From an uncultured archaeon (lineage in GTDB: Archaea; Aenigmatarchaeota; Aenigmatarchaeia; PWEA01; JAGHBM01): a DNA stretch of 64,000 nucleotides. The translations under genes were made by a program, and so were the position numbers. Numbering within the stretch: position 1 is the first letter of the stretch; each line of letters opens with the position of its first letter. The stretch is taken from positions 54,929 to 118,928 of the forward strand of contig CAZOZN010000003.1 in NCBI GenBank assembly GCA_964584335.1. The letters are read 5' to 3'. Under the pieces are notes generated by a model that ran no database searches, was not told the DNA's origin, and saw only the letters and a list, made by a program, of their open reading frames with translations. Below are positions 1-10,059 of this stretch, in pieces.

Positions 1-409
1 CCAAATCGCTGTAACTATATTCTATAGCCACGTCAAACTGGTAAACTTCTCCAGAGTCTGGTGGTGTAACGCCACACGTGCTCAAGTTAACTGTCTGCCA
101 TGTGTTGGTTTTTTCTCCTGCATTCATTTCCAAGTTGTATCCACCACAGCTTCCTCCTTCTACATAAACATTTGTTATGTTTATGTCTTTACCAGCCCTG
201 TTTTCAAGTATCAAATTAAGGTCGTCTCCTGATAATCCCCAAGTATCAACGTATACTTTACTAAATCCTATCTTGCTTTCTCCTACTAGTCTTCCTGGGG
301 AGAATACACCGTAGTAGTAAAGAACTCCTCCTACTATTATTATTATCAGTATAGCCCAACCGTATGTCATCAAGTATTCAAGGGCTGACTGTCCTTTCTT
401 TCCTAGCAT
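1..409 (-). CDS. Archaeal type IV pilin-like protein with class III signal peptide (3' end outside window; missing from ORF track)
   Basis: Manual translation from ATG at 409: MLGKKGQSALEYLMTYGWAILIIIIVGGVLYYYGVFSPG; KG|QSALEY processing motif followed by a hydrophobic helix; AGGTGA RBS upstream. Confidence 0.88.
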   Translation of the reverse strand, partial: MLGKKGQSALEYLMTYGWAILIIIIVGGVLYYYGVFSPGRLVGESKIGFSKVYVDTWGLSGDDLNLILENRAGKDINITNVYVEGGSCGGYNLEMNAGEKTNTWQTVNLSTCGVTPPDSGEVYQFDVAIEYSYSDL

Positions 410-455
410 TCTTTCACCTGATTAGATTAGAAAAAACTTATTTATAAAGGTTATT

Positions 456-1439
456 TTAAAAACCCATAAAATTGCCTAAAAGACCCGATACGACGTATTT
501 TATTAAGAAGAACATACCCAAAGCAGTACCCATCAACAAAGGCATGTATTTTACGCCTTGCTTTGTTTTTCCTGTTTGTATCAATCCTATTATAACGGAA
601 CCGAAAGCTGTTGTTAGAATAATACACGCCACTGAGAAAAGCATCATATCGTCTGGGGATATTTGAGGACCTGTCATTTTTATTATTCCTGAGGACATTT
701 GCTGTGGCATTTCTGTTGTTTGTTCCGACCAAAAACCGCCTATCATTTCTATAAAGTAAACAGACACTGCAAAAAGAAGAGGAGCACCCAATACTGATGC
801 GAATATTATGAACATAGAGTACATTATAACATTGCTTTTTACCTCTTTTCTCATCATTCTTATTTTTCTTATATCCTCTGCAGTCTCGTCAAGCAGTTTT
901 GCCATTTCTCCTCCCGATTTGACGCCTTCCTCCATAAGTTTGAGTGTCCTACCCAAAAGTTTTGAGTTTACTCTTTTTTTCATGTTCTTGAATGCATCTA
1001 TCATGGATATTCCCCCAAGAACCTCCCTTCCGAATAGCTTTATTTCCTCTTCCAGAGGTCCAAACTCTGGCCTCGCCGAAAGCCAGATTGCTCTGTCCAG
1101 GGTCATTCCAGACCTTACATTTGCCGACATCAATTGCAAGGCGTCTGCCAATATTTCTTCTATCTGCCTTGTTCTACTATCCATTACCAGAACCAGTATA
1201 ACATAAACCAGTAGCTGAATTCCGACAAATGCTGCTATTCCAGCACCGATTGCAATTTGAAGGTCTAAAAGAAAGAAACATGCTGTGAAGGAAATTAATC
1301 CGAGAACAGCACTCAATACAATATTTATACCGGAAAAATCCAGGTAATTTATGTCTTGCATTCCTGCATATCTCAATATATTCTTAAGACTATTTTTGTA
1401 TGGTGCGAATTTTCCTATTACTCTATATATTCTTCTCAT
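456..1439 (-). CDS. Type II/IV secretion system F-family (TadC-like) pilus membrane platform protein
   Basis: Multiple TM helices; LADALQLMSANVRSGMTL...FGPLEEEI...SGGEMAKLL T2SSF motifs; operon with pilus ATPase. Confidence 0.9.
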   Translation of the reverse strand: MRRIYRVIGKFAPYKNSLKNILRYAGMQDINYLDFSGINIVLSAVLGLISFTACFFLLDLQIAIGAGIAAFVGIQLLVYVILVLVMDSRTRQIEEILADALQLMSANVRSGMTLDRAIWLSARPEFGPLEEEIKLFGREVLGGISMIDAFKNMKKRVNSKLLGRTLKLMEEGVKSGGEMAKLLDETAEDIRKIRMMRKEVKSNVIMYSMFIIFASVLGAPLLFAVSVYFIEMIGGFWSEQTTEMPQQMSSGIIKMTGPQISPDDMMLFSVACIILTTAFGSVIIGLIQTGKTKQGVKYMPLLMGTALGMFFLIKYVVSGLLGNFMGF

Positions 1440-1447
1440 TTGATTAC

Positions 1448-2323
1448 CTAAATCACTATTGAAGGCCTCTTAGATTTTATGAAACCTATAAAAAACACCT
1501 GGAATAAAAACAAGCCAACCAAGATTAAAGGAAATATCATTTTTGGTATTTGAAGCCCTGAGAAAGATGATAATATTATAAGGAAGGTTACTCCCAAACT
1601 CGGAGCGATTACAGCTATAATCATGTACATCATTGTCCAGGGGTTTAGCTCCTGACCGTATGATTTTATTTGGTTTAATTGTTCTTCGGATAAGTTGTCT
1701 GTTATGACACCAAGCGTTGTTGCTATATTGCTCCCTGCTTTTATAGCATTTACTATCTGCCAGAGCGCTCTTCTGAAGTATATTGAAGGGTTTCTTTTTG
1801 ATGCATGGTCCAGTGACTCTATCTGGCTCTTACCGGCATTTATGTTTTTTACTATTTTCATGAATTCATCAGAAAGTTCCCCGTAACCGTCGCTAACTCC
1901 GACCAGAGAGTCAAATAAAGGTATACCACTCTTTATTTCTATTAAAATATGTCTTAATGCGTAAAGCAGGTTCTCTTCCAGTACTTTCATCCTTTTTTTA
2001 ATAAGTACTTTTGGGTAGTTTATAAGAAAGAAAAAAGTTATGAAGAAGAATATAATGCCGATGAATATACCCAATGGGTCGAAAGCACCTGTAAAAACAG
2101 TGCTTATCAATACCGTTAAACCTCCTATTAAAATTGAATAAAATGATGAATTGAACAATACTACTCCTATATAGTCTATTGTTTTTACATCAAACTCGCT
2201 CTGATAAAGTTCTTTTTTTAAACCCGGGAACATCCTACCTACAGATTGGCTTAACCATCTTATTTTCCTTGAAATTCCCATCGCTTTTTCAATCGGGAAC
2301 GGTGTTAGGGGGATTTTTTTCAT
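1448..2323 (-). CDS. Type II/IV secretion system F-family (TadB/TadC-like) membrane protein
   Basis: LLYALRHILIEIKSGIPLFDSL...YGELSDEF...AGSNIATTL; TM helices; operon context. Confidence 0.9.
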   Translation of the reverse strand: MKKIPLTPFPIEKAMGISRKIRWLSQSVGRMFPGLKKELYQSEFDVKTIDYIGVVLFNSSFYSILIGGLTVLISTVFTGAFDPLGIFIGIIFFFITFFFLINYPKVLIKKRMKVLEENLLYALRHILIEIKSGIPLFDSLVGVSDGYGELSDEFMKIVKNINAGKSQIESLDHASKRNPSIYFRRALWQIVNAIKAGSNIATTLGVITDNLSEEQLNQIKSYGQELNPWTMMYMIIAVIAPSLGVTFLIILSSFSGLQIPKMIFPLILVGLFLFQVFFIGFIKSKRPSIVI

Positions 2324-2333
2324 AAAAATCTTC

Positions 2334-3971
2334 TCATTTTATTAGTCCTCTCATTTTCATCTCTTTTAGAAGATCTTCCTCAAAAATATTTTGTGGTTTT
2401 TCATCTCTTTTTACAAGGTTTAGTACATAATCTTTATCTTTATAGTAATCTGCTATTACCTTACCTGCCGTGTTAACTGTCTTTATGTTATTTTTTACGG
2501 CCCAGTTCAGTATTTTCTCTTTTTCCTTTAGGTTGTCTTCTAGCTCTTTTTCACTCATTCCTGTATGCATTTGTATTTCCTCTACCAGCCTCATGCTTAT
2601 ATCGCTAAGTTTTGCGTCTTTTCTTATTTTTTCCAGCCTGTCTTTGCTTGGGTTCCAAGAGTATAGAACGTTTACCTTTACTTTTGACTTTCCTCCCGGT
2701 TCTCTTGTTGTTACGAATTCAGCTAACTCGAAAGTCCTTCTTATACCAAGTCTTCTCTGTCTGAATTGTACACAAGTCAAATGTAGAGCTTCCAACATGC
2801 TTTCTGGAAGTGATATGGGAGGATTAATCATCCTTCTTCTTACTTCGTCTGCTGTGTTTGCGTGTAGTGTAGCGTAAACAGAGTGACCGGTATGCATTGC
2901 CTCAAACAAAACTTCTGCCTGCCTTTGTCTCCTTATTTCACCTACAATCATTCTGTCCGGCCTCATCCTTAGAGAGTTTATCATCAGTTCCAGCATGCTT
3001 ACCTTACCCTTTCCCTCCGGGTTGGGTTCTCTTGTGGTCATAGGTACCCAGTGCAGAAAGTCCGGAAGCTGCAATTCTCTCGTATCCTCTATTGAAACTA
3101 TTCTGTTTGTAGGAGGTACGAAAGGTGTTAATGCGTTAAGAAGTGATGTTTTTCCTGATGCAGTACCTCCCGCGATTATCATGTTCATTTCATATTCTAT
3201 GCATAACCAAAGCAAAGCAGCAACTTCGCTGGAAAGTGTGTTTACTTCTGGGTCTATAAGATTGACTATAGTCCATGGATTTCTAGCAAATTTTCTTATG
3301 GTTAATGTGTTTCCTTTTGTTGATATTGGAAATAATGTTGCATTTACCCTGTCGCCGCCTATAAGGTGCGCGTCCATTAATGGCATTAAATTTGTTATCT
3401 GTCTTCCTATTCTTCTTCCTATCATTGATGCATAATTGTAAGTTTCGTCTTCGCTTTCCGGGGTTATTGTTGTCTTAAGCCAGCCAAATTCTTTGTGGTA
3501 AACCCACAGTGGTTCTGCAGAGTTGTTTATGACTATTTCTTCCAGGTCATCGTCCTTTAATATTATTTCTATGGGACCCAGGCCAAACATCTCATGTAAA
3601 AGTTCCCCCGCTAGTGTTTTTTTCTTGTTTTCCGGAAGGTTTGGCATATGCTTCTTTATAAGCTCTTCTGATTTCAATAGAGAGTCTTTTTTTATTTTTT
3701 CCATTATTTGTGGGTCAAGTATTTCACTTCCTTTTACTCCCAGTGATCTTATCAACTCTTCCTTTATTGAACCAAGTATAGCAGAAGTCGCTTCCTTTAT
3801 CCTTGGATAAGTTAGGTCGTATCTTGAAACATAATCTTTCTTTTTTTGGTATATTTTTACTTTTGCCTTTACATTGTCTGCAATAAGAACATAATTTTTT
3901 TTGGTTTCTAATTTTTCTTTATTTTTTTTGCTTTTCTCTTTTTTTGGTTTTTTTCCGGATTTTTTACCCAA
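2334..3971 (-). CDS. Type IV pilus assembly ATPase (CpaF/TadA/VirB11 family)
   Basis: Walker A GGTASGKTS, SIEDTRE, LRMRPDRMIVGEIR, TGHSVYATLHA; TTG start preceded by GGTGA. Confidence 0.95.
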   Translation of the reverse strand: MGKKSGKKPKKEKSKKNKEKLETKKNYVLIADNVKAKVKIYQKKKDYVSRYDLTYPRIKEATSAILGSIKEELIRSLGVKGSEILDPQIMEKIKKDSLLKSEELIKKHMPNLPENKKKTLAGELLHEMFGLGPIEIILKDDDLEEIVINNSAEPLWVYHKEFGWLKTTITPESEDETYNYASMIGRRIGRQITNLMPLMDAHLIGGDRVNATLFPISTKGNTLTIRKFARNPWTIVNLIDPEVNTLSSEVAALLWLCIEYEMNMIIAGGTASGKTSLLNALTPFVPPTNRIVSIEDTRELQLPDFLHWVPMTTREPNPEGKGKVSMLELMINSLRMRPDRMIVGEIRRQRQAEVLFEAMHTGHSVYATLHANTADEVRRRMINPPISLPESMLEALHLTCVQFRQRRLGIRRTFELAEFVTTREPGGKSKVKVNVLYSWNPSKDRLEKIRKDAKLSDISMRLVEEIQMHTGMSEKELEDNLKEKEKILNWAVKNNIKTVNTAGKVIADYYKDKDYVLNLVKRDEKPQNIFEEDLLKEMKMRGLIK

Positions 3972-3975
3972 GAAA

Positions 3976-4785
3976 TCACCCTTTGCTCTTTTTTATATCT
4001 TTCTTGATTTTTTTCGCCTTTTTTTTCATTTTTTCTTTCTTTTCATCTAGCTTTTTAGCGTCTTTTTTAGAAACTGAGAAATATTTTTTAAAAATTAACA
4101 AACCGTGAGGAGTTTTACCTACTTTTTTTTCAAGCATTTCAGAAACTTTTTCAAGTGCCCTTGCATTTTCTTTAAGCTTATTTATTCTTTCTTCTATATC
4201 CTGAATCTCAACTTCTTGTTTTCCTATGTCGAACTTGGCTTTTCCAATATTTTTTGTTTTTTCGCCAATATCCTGGAATCTTTTCTTTACGTTGTTCAGT
4301 TTTTTTGATATTATTTTTTCTGTTTCTTCTATATTCTTCATCTGCTTTTTTATATTTTTTTTGTTCGAGTCTTTCTTTATTTTTTTGAATTTCTTCTTTA
4401 TGTTGCCAAGGTTTTTATCAACACCCTTTTCATAAGTCTTTATTGATTTTTCACCTCTTTTCAGCTCTCTTTCCAATTTTTTTATTTTTTTCCTTATGAT
4501 TCTCTTTTCTTTTCTTAATTCCCTCTTTTCCTTGCTTAATTTCCTTATCTTTTTTTTGCCTTCTTTTTCTGATAAAATCTTTTTTTTGAATGAAGTATAT
4601 TTTAGAGAGTAATCTATGTCAATTAGTCTGTCTTCTGAAAGTATTTCTGCCCAGTCTTCTATTATTTCTTTGGGAGTTTTTAACAGTTTGCTACATTCAC
4701 TGAGAGTAATCTCTCCTTTTTTTTCTATAATCTCAAGCAGTTTGTCTGCATCAGTCTCTATGAATAATTTTTTTAGCTTTTTCAT
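3976..4785 (-). CDS. Winged-helix N-terminal domain plus long Lys/Glu coiled-coil protein in pilus operon
   Basis: ETDADKLLEIIEKKGEITLSECSKLLKTPKEIIEDWAEILSEDRLIDI is wHTH-like; remainder heptad K/E-rich; ATG at 4785 preferred over 4797. Confidence 0.6.
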   Translation of the reverse strand: MKKLKKLFIETDADKLLEIIEKKGEITLSECSKLLKTPKEIIEDWAEILSEDRLIDIDYSLKYTSFKKKILSEKEGKKKIRKLSKEKRELRKEKRIIRKKIKKLERELKRGEKSIKTYEKGVDKNLGNIKKKFKKIKKDSNKKNIKKQMKNIEETEKIISKKLNNVKKRFQDIGEKTKNIGKAKFDIGKQEVEIQDIEERINKLKENARALEKVSEMLEKKVGKTPHGLLIFKKYFSVSKKDAKKLDEKKEKMKKKAKKIKKDIKKSKG

Positions 4786-4789
4786 AAAA

Positions 4790-5977
4790 TCACGCATAGG
4801 TTAAATCGATTAATTCATAAGCCGACAAATGATTTTGGTCTATTAGGAAATTTTCATCTAGTTTATCGGTCATGCCTTTTATTTTGTAGTTGTTTAAACT
4901 TATTGTTTCATTGAAATAAATATAATCCACATTACTCCTTTCGCTGTATGAATAAGAGCCCATTTCTTCCTTTTTAACAAAAGATTCTAATCCTGCTGAA
5001 GGGTATGTATTTTTTAATTTTCCTTCAAGCCTGTCCAGAAAACTAGGCCCGTCCCCACTTATATATAATTTATTTTTGTGTGTGTTATAAAGATTTTCTA
5101 TAACCCAAACTTTTTCACTATCTCCATCAACAACGATTCTTGTCTGGTTCGGTACCATGACCCAGTCATTATCCATAACATAAGGTATTGAAAGCCCTGT
5201 GTTGTTTGAATCACCAATAATTCCTGAGAAACTTGTCCAGTCCTGGTTTATTGTGTTATTAATGAGAATGTTTTTTTCTGGGTCCTGAACAGAGCCCGGG
5301 TTATTTGTTACTATGCTTATTCCCGAATCCCAGCCGTTCCCACCATCTCCGGAGTCAATTATCTCTTCCACTAATTTTTTTTCTTGTTTTTTTATTTTTC
5401 TTGAGTTTGTTCCTCCCGTGTTTAGGAAATAAAGGGGGTCCTCCATGTCTAGTATAGAAACTGGTATTTTCTTTGTTAGGTTTTTTTCATACAAGAAAAG
5501 ATGGTCTTTGTCTTCAAGTTTCATATGAATATCTACTAAAAATATAACATTCCAGCTATCCTCCATGGTTATGTCTATATTTTTTATATCCCTTTTAAGA
5601 ATGAATCCCCTCTTCTTGGCTGTATCGTCACTTTTGTTTATCCAGTCATATATGGTATAGTCCATTATATAAGAAGGAGTCCCGTTTATTGTTTTATTTT
5701 CTATAAGTTCTCTTATGGTATCTTCAGCCGATTGTAAAGGGCCTTCGTTTATTACATGGTTTACAGACGCCGTTATGCTTCTTCTCCCTAGTATATTTAC
5801 GGCCCTGTTAAGGTCTTCGTTTATTGAGTCAAGAAAGTATAGCCCGCTTTTCATCCTTACATTAGAGCCTATGCTTGTACCATAGCCTTTTATTGTTTCG
5901 CCGTAGGTGCTATACAATGTTATTATAGGTATTATTATTATTATCGTGAGTATTGAATAAAATATTCCCTTTTTCAT
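4790..5977 (-). CDS. Large pilin-like/minor pilus protein with class III signal peptide
   Basis: MKKG|IFYSILTIIIII N-terminus; EDPLY and GPSFLDRLEG motifs typical of archaeal pilus-associated proteins. Confidence 0.7.
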   Translation of the reverse strand: MKKGIFYSILTIIIIIPIITLYSTYGETIKGYGTSIGSNVRMKSGLYFLDSINEDLNRAVNILGRRSITASVNHVINEGPLQSAEDTIRELIENKTINGTPSYIMDYTIYDWINKSDDTAKKRGFILKRDIKNIDITMEDSWNVIFLVDIHMKLEDKDHLFLYEKNLTKKIPVSILDMEDPLYFLNTGGTNSRKIKKQEKKLVEEIIDSGDGGNGWDSGISIVTNNPGSVQDPEKNILINNTINQDWTSFSGIIGDSNNTGLSIPYVMDNDWVMVPNQTRIVVDGDSEKVWVIENLYNTHKNKLYISGDGPSFLDRLEGKLKNTYPSAGLESFVKKEEMGSYSYSERSNVDYIYFNETISLNNYKIKGMTDKLDENFLIDQNHLSAYELIDLTYA

Positions 5978-5978
5978 C

Positions 5979-8699
5979 TTACCAAACCTTTAATGTAAAT
6001 AGCCCCGGACCCCACAACCAGGGTATTCCTCCTATCGGTATAGTGTTAAACTCCATCTCAGATGGATGTATGTTAATGGGGTTTGTTTGTTGACCATCTG
6101 TTCCCGGTATTCCGGGGTCTGTATCGTTGTAAAAATTTGCTTTTTCTAGTAGCCTGGAGAAAGCGTTATCAATAGCATCCAGATCAGGATCCCACAAGTC
6201 TGATGAATTGCCTATTGTAACGTTCACGTCACCGTCGGCGACACCGTCCAAATCAATGTCGTAATATATTTTCCTTTCAAATCCGGAAGACTTGTTAAAA
6301 ACACCCCCATATTCTGTTAATATATCAACCGCTATAGTGTAAATAACCCTGCTGTCAGGACTTCCTCCTGTTGAATTAGTTCCCGCACCTGTATCTATAC
6401 TCACTCTGTTCTCAACTTCGTTTACTTCTTCTATCGGTATATATACTATTGACGGGTCTCCCAAATCAACATAGTCAGTTCCATAATATTTCAGGTTGAA
6501 TATATCTTTCCATTCAGAGCCATTGTAGATAGAGGCCTTGTCGGTCCAGAAATCCGATGAGTATGATGTTATTTTAGCGTCTATGAGTGTCGTGTTTTCA
6601 GGTACTACAAACGTACCGTTCTTTGGGCTTTCAATCAATCCTCCGAATTTAGGGCTCTCTATGTTAATAGAAATCTCACCGTATTTTGTTTTGTTTAAAC
6701 TGGAGCTGAAATTGAAGTCTATATATGAGTCCGGGTAAAGTTTTATATTACCGTAATCACCGCCATATATTTCTACTGTCTGTGCTTGATAGGATGCGTT
6801 TAAAATCTCTTTTGCTATTAGTTCGTATATGTCAGACAATTCGCTAACATTTGCATAATGATATTCACCATGGCCGCAATCTGCTATATCCCATAGCGTA
6901 TCTTCATCAGCACCTTCTCCAAAACCAATTGCATATACTGTTATATTATGGTCTTGCCACGCGTCGCAGGCTGCCTGTATGGCATCGTCTTCCGGCTCGT
7001 CAGCGTTCCCGTTACCGTTCAGGTCTTCTGTCCATCCCTGTCTTGAGCATTCTGTTGTAGCGTCTCCGTCACTCATTACAACCATTGACCTGAATTTACC
7101 TTCATTTGATTGTGCCAAAAGTCTGTCTACAGCCTCGTTTATACCGCAACATATGCAAGTACCTCCCCCATCAGACCACTCTTCTACTTTTTCTCTTAGG
7201 GAAGTCCTGTTTTCTGATAAGTCATGACATTCATTTGAATCTACATTGCTTTCGTAGGCAACTAGCCCAACTCTGTTGTTTGTTGTGTTAGTTACAATAT
7301 CTATAAAATCTTTGTTTGATTCCTTTGCAACGTTTATCCTTTCTCTGTAATATTCGTTTATTACCCAAGTACCTCCACAATCATTACAGTATGATTGACT
7401 CATGTCGCAACATGCCCAGAAGCAACACCACCACGGGCCGTTAGTACAACTACCGCCGCTACAATACCCGTTTGAGCAGTCGTATATTGTAGAATTTGAA
7501 GGAATGTCGCAGGTTCCCATGCTCCCGGAAACATCTGTAACTGAGAAAACATCGGCCTCTTCTTGTCCTATTATAAGGTAAGATACATTTTGCATACCCA
7601 GCCTTAACGGAATTGTCTCTTTGCTTATGTTTTGGTAAGTAAAACCGCCTGCCAGAAGCCTTTGTTTTATCTGGGTATCGTTTATCGTGACATTAATCTC
7701 CTGACCGTCTGGGCTGGAACCGTTGTATATTAAAACATCTCCTATGTTCATAAAAATACTGTAGTTACTTTTGTAATGTATGAAAGCGCTCATGTTTTGC
7801 AGTTCACCAGGGACATAAAACGAAGAGTAAACATTTATTATACCATCAATACCCGGAAAGTAATATTTTTCAGGAATATCTCTATCACCGAATTCTGTTG
7901 TGTTGTATCTTATTCTAACATAACCTCCTCCTATGTAGCTTTTGTTCCCCCCAAACTTGAATTCTATGGTATTTTTCTCTTTGAAGTTATTGCAGTAGTC
8001 CGATTGGTAAGTTTCATTACATACTATGAATAAATCCGAGCTCATGTTTGTCGGGCTGGGTGAATATTTTCCTGAATAGTTTCCGTTTACGTAAAAAGTG
8101 AAGTTCGAACCTGCGTCAATTTCCATCTTGGCGTCAATTACGTTTTCCATACCCTCAAGTGTTATGTTTCTTGTTATATTACCATCGCCAACATAACCTC
8201 CAAAATATGCATATTCAGATGCTACCCTGTTTAATTTTTTAAGTATAATACGTGCCGTGTAACCGTCAGGTTTTTTTTCTTTTATATAACCAGATATAAG
8301 CCTGTTTGCAACAGCAACATTCTTTCCTGTTTCATCGCATCCGGTTTTGTTGTATATAACGTCCCCGTCAAAACTGAGTTCTATGCACCTTTTATCAAAT
8401 TCATCAAAAAGCTCTTCAGCAAGGTATGTGGCCTCTGTATAGTTTTCGTAAAGCCACAATGTTCCTATCACTTCAAGAAAAGTTTTGTTTGTGTAGTTTT
8501 CAGGAATCCCGTACTCTGTTGCGTTAATTTTTCTTGTTGTCAACTGCATAAGGTCTTCTGCTTCCATATGTATTGTCTTGTATTTTAGTTCCGGTTCTAT
8601 TGAGTAATATATCCCAACGCCTGAAATTACTACCAGAGCCAGAACTATTGCAAGTATTGCATCAAGATAAAATATAAGTCCTTTCAATTTAGTCACCAA
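5979..8699 (-). CDS. vWA-domain pilus-associated adhesin-like protein
   Basis: KLKG|LIFYLDAIL class III signal; MIDAS DVSGSM, GGT and MSDG motifs; VYAIGFG; many N-x-S/T sequons. Confidence 0.85.
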   Translation of the reverse strand: MVTKLKGLIFYLDAILAIVLALVVISGVGIYYSIEPELKYKTIHMEAEDLMQLTTRKINATEYGIPENYTNKTFLEVIGTLWLYENYTEATYLAEELFDEFDKRCIELSFDGDVIYNKTGCDETGKNVAVANRLISGYIKEKKPDGYTARIILKKLNRVASEYAYFGGYVGDGNITRNITLEGMENVIDAKMEIDAGSNFTFYVNGNYSGKYSPSPTNMSSDLFIVCNETYQSDYCNNFKEKNTIEFKFGGNKSYIGGGYVRIRYNTTEFGDRDIPEKYYFPGIDGIINVYSSFYVPGELQNMSAFIHYKSNYSIFMNIGDVLIYNGSSPDGQEINVTINDTQIKQRLLAGGFTYQNISKETIPLRLGMQNVSYLIIGQEEADVFSVTDVSGSMGTCDIPSNSTIYDCSNGYCSGGSCTNGPWWCCFWACCDMSQSYCNDCGGTWVINEYYRERINVAKESNKDFIDIVTNTTNNRVGLVAYESNVDSNECHDLSENRTSLREKVEEWSDGGGTCICCGINEAVDRLLAQSNEGKFRSMVVMSDGDATTECSRQGWTEDLNGNGNADEPEDDAIQAACDAWQDHNITVYAIGFGEGADEDTLWDIADCGHGEYHYANVSELSDIYELIAKEILNASYQAQTVEIYGGDYGNIKLYPDSYIDFNFSSSLNKTKYGEISINIESPKFGGLIESPKNGTFVVPENTTLIDAKITSYSSDFWTDKASIYNGSEWKDIFNLKYYGTDYVDLGDPSIVYIPIEEVNEVENRVSIDTGAGTNSTGGSPDSRVIYTIAVDILTEYGGVFNKSSGFERKIYYDIDLDGVADGDVNVTIGNSSDLWDPDLDAIDNAFSRLLEKANFYNDTDPGIPGTDGQQTNPINIHPSEMEFNTIPIGGIPWLWGPGLFTLKVW

Positions 8700-9174
8700 A
8701 CAAGAAATCTATTTCTATTTGTTTTTCATTCATTACAGCATTTCTATTTATTATGTATATGTTATCCGAATCTTCTCTTATTTTTTCCCATCCCGTATTG
8801 TTTTTTTCCATGATTACAGAAGTCTTATTTTTTATTAAGAAGTAAAATGACATACCTTCTATATTCAGAAGCTTTGATACGTTTTCATTGCTAATATCGT
8901 TCATAAACCTGATTACTTTTGTTTCGTTAAGCTTATTTGGCCTTTCTGCCAGCCCCAAGACCTCTACATTATTCGAATTCCAGTTTCTTGGATAACCGTG
9001 GTAAAGCATAAGCAAATCTGTAGTCGATACAAGACTTTCGTAAAATATCAGGTCGTTCTGTTTTTCTATTCTTTCGTATATGCTTTGAACATGTATGTGC
9101 AACATGCTCAATATCAATATGAATACTATTGATGATACTACAAAATCCGGTCCGAAAGATTGTGCTTTTTTCAT
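8689..9174 (-). CDS. Minor pilin-like protein (class III signal peptide)
   Basis: MKKAQ|SFGPDFVVSSIVFILIL; GYPRNWN..LGLA motif; ATG at 9174 preferred. Confidence 0.75.
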   Translation of the reverse strand: MKKAQSFGPDFVVSSIVFILILSMLHIHVQSIYERIEKQNDLIFYESLVSTTDLLMLYHGYPRNWNSNNVEVLGLAERPNKLNETKVIRFMNDISNENVSKLLNIEGMSFYFLIKNKTSVIMEKNNTGWEKIREDSDNIYIINRNAVMNEKQIEIDFLFGD

Positions 9175-9175
9175 C

Positions 9176-9577
9176 TTAACAGGCACCATTTATACATATA
9201 ACATCATTTTTGTTTTCTAATCTGTTTTTCCCAGGTATTATACTACCTTCTATTTCGTGAGCAATAAGGTATTCTACAGACATTCTGTCTTTCCATGCCA
9301 CCTTTAGGGTTTTATTATTTATTGAAACTACATAATCTGACTTGGATATCTCTTCCGGAAGTGTAAAATTTCTTTTGTAACCTGAACCAAACATAACGGC
9401 CGTGTCTATTTCCTTCTTTATCGAGAGTGAAAGCTTTCTTCCTATAACGTACTCGTTTTCGTTTTCTATGTTTACTTGCTGTCTCCAAAAAAACGGTACA
9501 AAGGTGAGGAAAATAAGTGACATGAATATTAATAACATCAGGAATTCTATGCTTACCTGAGCTTTAGTACGAGACAT
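9176..9577 (-). CDS. Pilin-like protein (class III signal peptide)
   Basis: KA|QVSIEFLMLLIF processing motif. Confidence 0.8.
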   Translation of the reverse strand: MSRTKAQVSIEFLMLLIFMSLIFLTFVPFFWRQQVNIENENEYVIGRKLSLSIKKEIDTAVMFGSGYKRNFTLPEEISKSDYVVSINNKTLKVAWKDRMSVEYLIAHEIEGSIIPGKNRLENKNDVICINGAC

Positions 9578-9968
9578 TTACAAGACCATCCTCCTGAGCC
9601 ACGACAATTATGGTGTAAGTTCCTGGTTCTGTAGGGAGGTTTCCTGTCATGTTTGCCTGGGTAGAGACTGGGATATCTATTGTTCCACTTGATATTCTAA
9701 TCTTCATTGTTAACAAATTTTCATCTATCTGGGATGATAGTACGTTTTCCGGTACATAGAGCTTTGTTGTCATTTTTGCTGGATAACCTTGAAAGTATAC
9801 CATATCAACTATTTCCGCCAGAGAGTCTACACCATCTTCCAGGGACCTTATTTTGAATTCGTCCCTGCTTTGATACATATATGAATTTACAAGATAAAGA
9901 AGCGGTATCATTATTACAAGCGTTATGCTTATTATCATCATATATTCTATGGCTGACTGGCCTTTCAT
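9564..9968 (-). CDS. Pilin-like protein (class III signal peptide)
   Basis: MKG|QSAIEYMMIISITL processing motif; first gene of the operon. Confidence 0.85.
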   Translation of the reverse strand: MKGQSAIEYMMIISITLVIMIPLLYLVNSYMYQSRDEFKIRSLEDGVDSLAEIVDMVYFQGYPAKMTTKLYVPENVLSSQIDENLLTMKIRISSGTIDIPVSTQANMTGNLPTEPGTYTIIVVAQEDGLVNVSY

Positions 9969-10059
9969 GGTATTATAATGTAGGTTTTTAAATAAAAAAG
10001 GTTTAAATAATTGATAGAATTAAACAAAAGGGTTGGGATTTTTAATTCCAACTTCAAAT

